From Candidatus Latescibacterota bacterium (GTDB taxonomy: Bacteria > Latescibacterota > UBA2968 > UBA8231), in NCBI GenBank assembly GCA_965208105.1, contig OZ242318.1:3424001-3488000 (forward strand): a stretch of DNA of 64,000 nt, given 5' to 3'. The notes under the pieces are model-generated. The model did not search any database, was not told the DNA's origin, and worked only from the letters and a program-made list of their open reading frames with translations. Both the position numbers and the translations under genes were made by a program. Positions 56,660 to 64,000 of this stretch are shown one piece after another (within the stretch, counting starts at the first letter, position 1; every line of letters begins with the position of its first letter).

Positions 56660-57532
56660 ATGATCAAGCTCGGTTGCAACGCCATGCAGAAGGTCAAGGG
56701 CAGCCCATCCGAGTCGGTGGACGTGGAGGTCCTGATCGACCTGATCCACGAGCTGAAGCTGGACATCGTCGACTTCCAGCTCGACCGCGGGTTTCGCTCC
56801 AGGGACCCCGATTATCTCCGCGGCATCAAGCTCAGGTGCCACAGGTATGGTTTGCCCATCGGCTTCATCGGCGCCGGATCAGGCTTCGTGGGACATTGCC
56901 TCGGTTCCGGAGGGGAGGTGCTGGGCGCCCCGCTGCCCCCGCGCGAATTGCGGCGGAGGATAGCCCAGGTCCAGGAGGCGGTGGAGGTCGCCGCGTTCAT
57001 GGGCGCGCCTCTGGTACGCCTTTTCGGGGGCGGGATACCGGCGCGCAGCGAAAACCGGCAGGCCCTGTGGTCCGGCGTCATAGCCAGTTTCCAGGAGGTC
57101 TGCGACTACGCCGCCGAGCGCGGCATTCTCATCGGGCTGCACAACCACGCACCGGCGGTGCCTCCCACCGGGGGCGACATCCTGGGAATTCTGCGCGAGG
57201 TCGACCGCAGCAATTTCACCTTCATCCTGGACACCGGTCAGTGGTGGGGGTCGCCCGGGTCCTCAGGGCTCGACCCGGAGGTGGACTTTTACCAGTTCAT
57301 GGAGCAGACCGCCGCCCATGCCACCTACGTGCGGGCAAAGATCTACAAAATCGACAGCGGCAGGGAAGAGTGGCTCGACTACCGGCGCATCATGGCCATT
57401 CTCAAGGCGGCGGACTTCAACGGCAACATGTCCATCGTCTTCGAAGACCGGGGCAACAGCTGCGGCTACTCCCGGTCCATCGCCCTGGGCGCCGCCCATC
57501 TTCGCGCTGTGCTCGCCGAGTTTTCCATGTAG
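56660..57532 (+). CDS. Xylose-isomerase-like TIM-barrel sugar isomerase/epimerase
   Basis: GAPLVRLFGG, GLHNH, LDTG, F.G.MSI. Some usual metal ligands are substituted. Confidence 0.75.
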   Translation: MIKLGCNAMQKVKGSPSESVDVEVLIDLIHELKLDIVDFQLDRGFRSRDPDYLRGIKLRCHRYGLPIGFIGAGSGFVGHCLGSGGEVLGAPLPPRELRRRIAQVQEAVEVAAFMGAPLVRLFGGGIPARSENRQALWSGVIASFQEVCDYAAERGILIGLHNHAPAVPPTGGDILGILREVDRSNFTFILDTGQWWGSPGSSGLDPEVDFYQFMEQTAAHATYVRAKIYKIDSGREEWLDYRRIMAILKAADFNGNMSIVFEDRGNSCGYSRSIALGAAHLRAVLAEFSM

Positions 57533-57591
57533 ATTTGCAGCATGCACCGGCCAATCATTTTCACCTTCAACCGCGAGGGGAGACAGGCATC

Positions 57592-58674
57592 ATGAGCGCA
57601 GCGGAGGGCAACGAAATCCCGGTCTACATCGGCACCTATACGAGAGGCGACAGTGTGGGGATATACGTCTACAAGCTGGACCTGTCCAGCGGCCGCCTGG
57701 AATATTCCAGCGAGACCGCCGGCGTCGACAACCCCTCCTTCCTTGCCCTCGATCCGGCACGGCGCCGTCTCTATGCGGTCAACGAGGAGGCGCCCGACGG
57801 CAGGGTGAGCGCCTTCGCCATCGACCCCGACAGCGGCGCCCTGAACTATCTCAACCAGCAGCCCACGAGGGGAGGCCTTCCCTGTTATCTGGTCGTCGAC
57901 CGCAGCGGCAGATTCGTCCTCCTGTCCAACTACGGCAGCGGCAGCGTGGCCGTCTTCGCCATCGAGGAGGACGGCAGCCTGGGAGCGATGACCGACCTGG
58001 TGCCGCACCAGGGTTCCAGCGTCGACGAGGAGCGCCAGCAAGGACCCCACGCCCACTGCATCGTCCTCGATGCGGCCGGCCGCCGCGCCTTTTCGGCCGA
58101 CCTGGGAGCCGACGAGGTAAAGATCTACGACTTCGACGCCGCCGAGGGGAAACTGCTGCCGGGGGATCCCCCCGCGGTCAAGGCCGAGCCCGGGGTGGGG
58201 CCGCGCCACTTCACCTTTCACCCCGGCGGCAGGTACGCCTATCTCATCAACGAGCTGGGCTCGACCATGAGCGCCTTCACCTACGACGGGGAGAGGGGCG
58301 CGCTGCAGCAGATTCAGACCCTGTCCACCCTGCCTGCGGGATTCACCGCCTACAATCACTGCGCGGACCTGCACGTGGAGCCGTCCGGGAAATTCCTCTA
58401 CGGCTCCAACCGCGGCCACGACAGCCTCGCCATCTACGGCATCGACGAGTCCAGCGGCCGCCTCACCTTTCTCGGCAACGAGTCGACCCGGGGCGGGGGA
58501 CCGCGCAACTTCGCCATCGACCCGAGCGGGACCTACCTGCTGGCCGCCAACCACGACTCCGACAACGTGGTGACCTTTCGCATCGACCGGGACAGCGGCA
58601 TGCTGAAGGAGACCGGGCACGTCGCCCATGTTCCCTCGCCCGTCTGCCTGAAGATGGAATACACCACCTTCTGA
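57592..58674 (+). CDS. Pgl/YbhE-family lactonase (second copy)
   Basis: YIGTYT, NPSFL, RQQGPHAH, DLGAD, GPRH, NRGHDS. ATG start at 57592. Confidence 0.92.
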   Translation: MSAAEGNEIPVYIGTYTRGDSVGIYVYKLDLSSGRLEYSSETAGVDNPSFLALDPARRRLYAVNEEAPDGRVSAFAIDPDSGALNYLNQQPTRGGLPCYLVVDRSGRFVLLSNYGSGSVAVFAIEEDGSLGAMTDLVPHQGSSVDEERQQGPHAHCIVLDAAGRRAFSADLGADEVKIYDFDAAEGKLLPGDPPAVKAEPGVGPRHFTFHPGGRYAYLINELGSTMSAFTYDGERGALQQIQTLSTLPAGFTAYNHCADLHVEPSGKFLYGSNRGHDSLAIYGIDESSGRLTFLGNESTRGGGPRNFAIDPSGTYLLAANHDSDNVVTFRIDRDSGMLKETGHVAHVPSPVCLKMEYTTF

Positions 58675-58684
58675 GGAGGGCCCC

Positions 58685-59374
58685 ATGAAGGTGGAATCGG
58701 CCTGCGCCAGGATCGAAGAGCGGGGCTACTGCGTTTTGGAGGACCTTCTCGACCCGCGGGAGGCGGCGCGCCTGGACGCCCGCGCCCGCCGGCTGATGCA
58801 GCGGGAAAAGGGCTACGTGAACCTGGAAGGCGCCCTCAATCCCATGCCCGAGCTGGCTCCCCTGTGCGTCCATCCCGTGGTGATGGAGATCGCCGGGCAT
58901 TTTCTCGGCGCCCCCTTCTACCTGGCCAACAACGTCTGCATGAAGTGGTGCCAGCCGGGGGCGGCGGCCGGGCATCTGCACTCGGACTGGCCCCTTCTCG
59001 ACGTGCCCCGGCCTTATCCTCCCTGGCCCATGTTGCTGCAGACCATGTGGATGCTCACCGATTTCACCGCTGAAAACGGCGCCACCCTCGTCGTCCCGGG
59101 CAGCCACCTGGAAGGCAGACCGCCGGCTTCCGGCGGGGCGGCCGGGGAGGTCGCCGTCACTGGCCGGCGGGGATCGCTGCTCGTCTGGCACGGTACCCTG
59201 TGGCACCGGGCGGCGGCCAACACTACCACGGGCCAGCATCGCATGGGCGCCAACGCCGGCTACATTCCCAGGTTCATCCACCGCCCCCGGGAGGAGTGGC
59301 CGCTGCTGCGCCCCGGCCTCTACGAGAGCTTTCCCGCGAGCCTGCGCCAGCTCCTGGAGCGCTCGGTGGAGTGA
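58685..59374 (+). CDS. PhyH-family dioxygenase
   Basis: LHSD, WMLTDFT.ENGAT..VPGSH, LWHRA..N.T...R. Confidence 0.88.
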   Translation: MKVESACARIEERGYCVLEDLLDPREAARLDARARRLMQREKGYVNLEGALNPMPELAPLCVHPVVMEIAGHFLGAPFYLANNVCMKWCQPGAAAGHLHSDWPLLDVPRPYPPWPMLLQTMWMLTDFTAENGATLVVPGSHLEGRPPASGGAAGEVAVTGRRGSLLVWHGTLWHRAAANTTTGQHRMGANAGYIPRFIHRPREEWPLLRPGLYESFPASLRQLLERSVE

Positions 59375-59482
59375 GGAAGAGAGATTGCCCCCCGCCGGAG
59401 TGCCCTGGGGTCCGGCGGTGAAGTTGACCGGGTCACCTGAAAATTCTTTTATTCCTGCCTCACCCCCAGGCGAGGAGAGGTT

Positions 59483-60832
59483 ATGGAATCGACTCAGCTT
59501 CGCGTCACCCCTGGAGAGCGCCAGCTCTTCCTCGACGATTTCGGCGTCAAGACCTGTGCCGGCCTCACCCGGACCATGCACCCTCCGGAGAAGAAAGGCG
59601 CCGTGGTGCGGTCGGACTGGACCGGGGGAGAGGAGGCCGCCCTGCAGACCCGCAGCGCCCCCCAGTGGGACCCCGGGGAGGGCGTTTACAAACTCTGGAG
59701 CGGCGGCGGACTCCGCGAGAGCCCCGACGGGCTGCATTGGACCCTGGTGGAGGAACAAACTCCTCCCGGCGAGGTGGTCTACGACGACGGCGACCCCGAC
59801 CCGCAGCGCCGCTTCAAGGCATTCTTCCCGGGAATCCGCAGGGCTTCTCCCGACGGCATCCACTGGACCGAGGTGCCGGGCAACCCGGTCGAGAGCTCGG
59901 ACGAGCACAATTTCTCCTTCGACCGCCGCGACCGCCTCTTCATCGCCACGGTGAAGCAGGGAGGTCCCTTCGGCCGGGCGGTGTACCTTTCGACCAGCGC
60001 CGACTTCGAGACCTGGACCGAGCCCGAGTTCATCTTCAGCGCCGACGAGGAGGACCAGGAGCTGGGCCGCCAGAACATCGAGGCGGTCCTGGCGGATCCC
60101 TCCCTGCAGCAACCGAAGTTCGTCGATCCCGAGGTCTTCAACGTCGATGTCTACAACATGGGGGCCTACCGCTACGAGAGTGTGTACATCGGCCACCCGG
60201 CCATGTACCACGCCACCGGCCCGGTCCCCAACTACCCCAACACCGACGGCTTTCACCTGGTGCAGCTCGTCTGCAGCCGCGACCTGAAGACCTGGCAGCG
60301 GCTGGGGGGGCGCAAGCCCTTCATCGGGCTTTCTCCACTGGGAACGGGAGCCTACGACCGGCAGCAGATCATCGGCCCCTCCGACGCGGTGGTGCGCGGC
60401 GACGAGCTGTGGTTCTACTACACCGGCCTCAAGTACCGCGCCACCTATGAGTGGATCGGGGAATATCCGGGAGGCGAAATGCGGCAGCTACCCGGCTACG
60501 AACCCGACAGGGGAGCCATCTGCCTTGCGGTGCTGCGGCGGGACGGCTTCGTCTCCCTCGACGCCGGGGACGAAACCGGTACGGTGGAGACCAGGGAGTT
60601 CCTCCTTCCCTCGGGCGAACTCCACGTCAACGCCGACGCCCACGGTGGCGAGCTCGCCGTCGAGATGCTGGCGAGGGACGGCGCGGTCCTTGCCGCGTCC
60701 CGGACCCTGGGTGAAGACGCCGCGGCCGCCCGCGTCGAGTGGACCGGCGGGAACGGCGCCGCCGCGGGATCCGAGGTGAGCCTGCGCTTCTGCCTGCGCA
60801 ACACAGAGCTCTACTCCTACTGGTTCGAGTGA
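59483..60832 (+). CDS. GH32/GH43-like five-bladed propeller hypothetical protein
   Basis: RQLFLDD, SPDG.HW repeats, SRD...W.R, ELWFYY.G, LRRDGFVS, C-terminal LYSYW. Confidence 0.7.
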   Translation: MESTQLRVTPGERQLFLDDFGVKTCAGLTRTMHPPEKKGAVVRSDWTGGEEAALQTRSAPQWDPGEGVYKLWSGGGLRESPDGLHWTLVEEQTPPGEVVYDDGDPDPQRRFKAFFPGIRRASPDGIHWTEVPGNPVESSDEHNFSFDRRDRLFIATVKQGGPFGRAVYLSTSADFETWTEPEFIFSADEEDQELGRQNIEAVLADPSLQQPKFVDPEVFNVDVYNMGAYRYESVYIGHPAMYHATGPVPNYPNTDGFHLVQLVCSRDLKTWQRLGGRKPFIGLSPLGTGAYDRQQIIGPSDAVVRGDELWFYYTGLKYRATYEWIGEYPGGEMRQLPGYEPDRGAICLAVLRRDGFVSLDAGDETGTVETREFLLPSGELHVNADAHGGELAVEMLARDGAVLAASRTLGEDAAAARVEWTGGNGAAAGSEVSLRFCLRNTELYSYWFE

Positions 60833-60920
60833 AGGAGAGAAAGCTCCGCGAGAAGTAAGCCAACCCCAACCGCGCCGGGGGACCGGGTCCCCTGGCCTGC
60901 ATTCCGGAGAGCGAAACACC

Positions 60921-62399
60921 ATGATGATGAAGCTCCTGTTCTTCGACTACCGCGACTACGAAAGCATCGAGGGCCTGGTACGCCGCCTCGAGCCTCCCCG
61001 CAGGCACCCGGGGAATCCGATCCTCGAATCGGACCAGGAGGTGGAGGGAGATCACATGTCGCTCTACGGGTCGGTGGTGCGCCGCCCCGAGGACGGGCTC
61101 TGGCAGATGTGGTACACCTCGAGGAACCAGCGGCTCGGAGGAATAATCCTGGCCTACGCCACCAGCGAGGACGGCGTTCACTGGACCAGGCCCGATCTCG
61201 ACGTGGTGGAGTATGAGGGCCGCAGGACCAACATCGTCGCCGTCGACCAGCCGCTCGGCGCCACCGTAATGCTCGACGAGCGCGAGGGCAGGTCGGGCTG
61301 GCGCTACAAGATGCTGGCCGGCGCTCCTCCCTCCGGCAACATCTCAGCTTTCCGCAGTGCGGACGGCATCCACTGGTCCGCCGCTGCGGAGAACCCGGTG
61401 ATAGCCACCAACCCCGACTGCCCCATGGCGCTGCACCGCGCCGCCGACGGGCGCTACGTGGTCTACACCCGTCCCGAAGGCGGCGACCGCCGGGTGGCGA
61501 GGGCGGAGTCGTGGGATTTCATCCACTGGTCCGAGACCAGGCTGGTGCTGGAGCCGGGACCCCAGGACCCGACCCAGGTCCAGTTCTACGGCATGGGCTC
61601 CACCACCTACGGCGGCTACGACCTGGGCACTCTCTGGGCCTACCGCACCCCGGTCGAGGACCTGGGTTACTACAAGACCCAGGGCGGGCGCCAGGAACCC
61701 GAGCTGACCTACTGCCGCAACGGCTCCTCGTGGGGCTGGCCGCTGCTCTCCGGAGCGGGGGGCTACGCCTGGCATCGCATGTCCCCCGGGAATCCCCTCC
61801 TCTCCTGCGGCTCCGGGGACTCGTGGGAGCAGGGCAGCATTCAGACGGCAAGCTCCCTGGTTTTCCTCGACGACGAGATCAGGCTCTACTACGCCGGCAG
61901 CAGGACCGTCCACGGTGAGCGCGAATGGGACGGACCGGAACCCCGCTGCGGCATCGGCTTCGCGTCTTTCGGCCCCGACCGCTTCGTCTCCCTCGACGCC
62001 GGGGAGGACGAGGGAAGGATCCTCACCCGGCCGCTGCGCAGCGATAGTCCCAACTTCTACGTGAACGCGGAGGTGGAGGAAGACGGCTGCGTGCAGGTCG
62101 AGATCGCCGATATCGACGCAAAACCCGTCAGAGGCTTCGAGCTGGACAAATGCGTTCCCATCGCGGGCGACTCGGTGCGCCACCGGGTGAAGTGGCGGGG
62201 GAATCCCGACGCGGGGCCGCTGGCGGGACCGTGGATCCGGCTGCGGGTGAAGGCCCGCCGCGCCAGGGTCTACGCCCTGTTCTGCTGCACCGAGGGAGAG
62301 GTGGGGGAGTACTGGAACTTCCGCATCCCCCACACCCGGGGCTCCCTGTGGGAGAAGCTGGCGGACTTCGAGGCGGCCGGGAAGAGAAGCTCCGGATGA
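60921..62399 (+). CDS. GH32/GH43-like five-bladed propeller hypothetical protein (paralog)
   Basis: HPGNPI, YGSV, YATSEDG.HW.RP, SADGIHW, LYYAG, DRFVS. Confidence 0.7.
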   Translation: MMMKLLFFDYRDYESIEGLVRRLEPPRRHPGNPILESDQEVEGDHMSLYGSVVRRPEDGLWQMWYTSRNQRLGGIILAYATSEDGVHWTRPDLDVVEYEGRRTNIVAVDQPLGATVMLDEREGRSGWRYKMLAGAPPSGNISAFRSADGIHWSAAAENPVIATNPDCPMALHRAADGRYVVYTRPEGGDRRVARAESWDFIHWSETRLVLEPGPQDPTQVQFYGMGSTTYGGYDLGTLWAYRTPVEDLGYYKTQGGRQEPELTYCRNGSSWGWPLLSGAGGYAWHRMSPGNPLLSCGSGDSWEQGSIQTASSLVFLDDEIRLYYAGSRTVHGEREWDGPEPRCGIGFASFGPDRFVSLDAGEDEGRILTRPLRSDSPNFYVNAEVEEDGCVQVEIADIDAKPVRGFELDKCVPIAGDSVRHRVKWRGNPDAGPLAGPWIRLRVKARRARVYALFCCTEGEVGEYWNFRIPHTRGSLWEKLADFEAAGKRSSG

Positions 62400-62488
62400 T
62401 TTTTGGGGCCGATCCGAAGACCGATCCACCGCGCCGGCGGGCCCGTCAGCGGCGCTGACCCGGCCCGGCCCGCAGCCAGGGCATCGAC

Positions 62489-63388
62489 ATGAGTGAAGGA
62501 TACTGGGGCATCGACCTGGGAGGCACCAAGATCGAGGGTGTCGTTCTCACTTCCGCCCGGGAGCCCACCTCCCTGTGCCGCCTGCGCATAGAGACCCAGA
62601 GCGCCCGCGGCTACGGGCACATCGTCGCCCGCATCGCCCACCTGGTCGAGCGCATGAGAGCGGAGACCGGCTCCAGCCCGAGGCGCATCGGCATCGGCAC
62701 CCCGGGGGTCCTGGACCCCCGCAGCCAGGCTCTCAAGAACAGCAACACCACCTGCCTCATCGGCCGGCCCCTGCAGCGCGACCTGGAGCGGGAACTCGGC
62801 GCGGAGATCGTCATGGCCAACGACGCCAACTGCTTCGCCCTGGCCGAAGCCCGCCTGGGTGCCGGGCGCGGGGCGCAGACGGTCTTCGGGGTCATTGCGG
62901 GCACCGGAGTGGGAGGCGGCATAGTGATGGGGGGCGAGGTGCTCTACGGCTGCCAGGGAATAGCCGGGGAATGGGGCCACAACATTCTGGACCCGGACGG
63001 CCCCCGGTGCTACTGCGGCCGCCGCGGCTGCGTGGAGACCATTCTCTCGGGGCCGGCCCTGGAGGGCCACTACACTTCCCTGGGGGGGCGCAGGCTGCCC
63101 CTGCCCGAGATCGTGGAGCGCGGCACCGGAGGCGGGGACCCTCATGCCGAGGCCACCATGGAACGCCTGGTCCTCTATTTCGGCCGCGCCCTGGCCTACG
63201 TGATCAACATTCTCGATCCCCACCTCATCGTCCTCGGCGGGGGGGTAAGCAATATCGACCTGCTATACACCCGAGGAGTCCGGGAGGTCGGGCGCAACGT
63301 CTTCAACAACCGGCTGGAGACGCGGATAGTGAGGCACGCGCTGGGAGACAGCGCCGGGGTTTTCGGAGCGGCCATGCTGGTGGCCTGA
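62489..63388 (+). CDS. ROK family sugar kinase (Mak/fructokinase-like)
   Basis: GIDLGGTKIE, NDANCFALAE, GTGVGGG, GEWGH, CYCGRRGCVE. Confidence 0.92.
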   Translation: MSEGYWGIDLGGTKIEGVVLTSAREPTSLCRLRIETQSARGYGHIVARIAHLVERMRAETGSSPRRIGIGTPGVLDPRSQALKNSNTTCLIGRPLQRDLERELGAEIVMANDANCFALAEARLGAGRGAQTVFGVIAGTGVGGGIVMGGEVLYGCQGIAGEWGHNILDPDGPRCYCGRRGCVETILSGPALEGHYTSLGGRRLPLPEIVERGTGGGDPHAEATMERLVLYFGRALAYVINILDPHLIVLGGGVSNIDLLYTRGVREVGRNVFNNRLETRIVRHALGDSAGVFGAAMLVA

Positions 63389-63483
63389 ACCCCGGTGCCC
63401 GGGCGGATTGGCCCATCGCCGCCCGGGGTGGAGGAGGGAAAGCGGATTGTCCGCAGGCCGTCGCCGCCAACAGCCACTGTGAG

Positions 63484-64000
63484 ATGAAAAAGATGAAGAA
63501 CTCAGATCAACCGCTCCAGCATCTGAAGACAGACGGCTGGTGCGTGCTGGAAGGCGTCGTTCCCGAGGCGGAGGTGGAATCCGTCCGCCGCAGCGTCGAG
63601 GACACCGTTGCGGCCCGGCGCGACCCCGGGGCGTCCGCCGCCAGCAGAGGCATCGGGCACCTTCCCGGCATCGTCTCCCACGACCAGTCCTTCGCTCCTT
63701 ACCTGGCGGACCACCGGGTCATGCACCTGGTAGGCACCCTTCTGGGCGAGTACCCGCGCATTTCCTTCACCACCGGCACCATCAACTACCCGGGCAACGA
63801 GCGCGGCGACTGGCACGCGGACTGGCCCTTCAACCAGAGGAACGCCGGCCACATACCCGCCCCTTATCACGACGCGGTCATGCACCTGACCAGCCTGTGG
63901 ATGCTGTCGCCCTTCACCCCCGAGAACGGCGGCACCCTGGTGGTGCCGGGAAGCCACCGCAGCCCCAACAATCCCACCGGGGACAACGGGGTGAATCCCA
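63484..64000 (+). CDS. PhyH-family dioxygenase, 3'-truncated by window edge (not in ORF track)
   Basis: Reads MKKMKNSDQPLQHLKTDGWCVLEGV...WHADWPF...LWMLSPFTPENGGTLVVPGSH. Confidence 0.85.
   Translation, partial: MKKMKNSDQPLQHLKTDGWCVLEGVVPEAEVESVRRSVEDTVAARRDPGASAASRGIGHLPGIVSHDQSFAPYLADHRVMHLVGTLLGEYPRISFTTGTINYPGNERGDWHADWPFNQRNAGHIPAPYHDAVMHLTSLWMLSPFTPENGGTLVVPGSHRSPNNPTGDNGVNP

Noticed and set aside
56674-57591. 666-aa ORF suggesting an N-terminal fusion to the second lactonase
   Set aside because: The extension overlaps the TIM-barrel gene in another frame and is not protein-like; the real start is ATG 57592.

Overview
A 64 kb GC-rich bacterial chromosomal window with about 60 genes. 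The gene content (PorX-like regulator next to tsaE, propeller-Omp85, many PhyH dioxygenases, eukaryote-type xylulokinase) suggests an FCB-group lineage such as Ca. Latescibacterota; this is inference only. It holds housekeeping genes (rsmF-like, mrp, argC, trmH, glyA, tsaE, tal, kdsC, msrA, csp, tRNA-Val), a partial nucleotide-sugar cluster, an envelope operon built around a peptidase/propeller/Omp85 protein, a histidine kinase-PorX-tsaE-barrel operon and a long sugar-acid/PhyH catabolic cluster. I saw no CRISPR array, prophage, integrase or transposase. The most interesting signals are non-coding or fall below the ORF track cut-off. (1) An orphan sigma54 promoter with an IHF-like site and upstream palindrome appears to drive a three-way-junction RNA with two anti-Shine-Dalgarno loops (about 1720-1925, minus strand). 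(2) A self-contained unit of about 255 nt carries a 16-nt complement of the 16S rRNA 3' end, a 12-codon ORF, a second SD, hairpins and a terminator (22968-23255, minus strand). (3) A 168-bp MITE occurs three times, and its terminal CTAG supplies a host TAG stop codon in every copy. (4) There is an unannotated 31-aa membrane peptide gene. All homology calls come from motif recognition by eye; no database searches were run.
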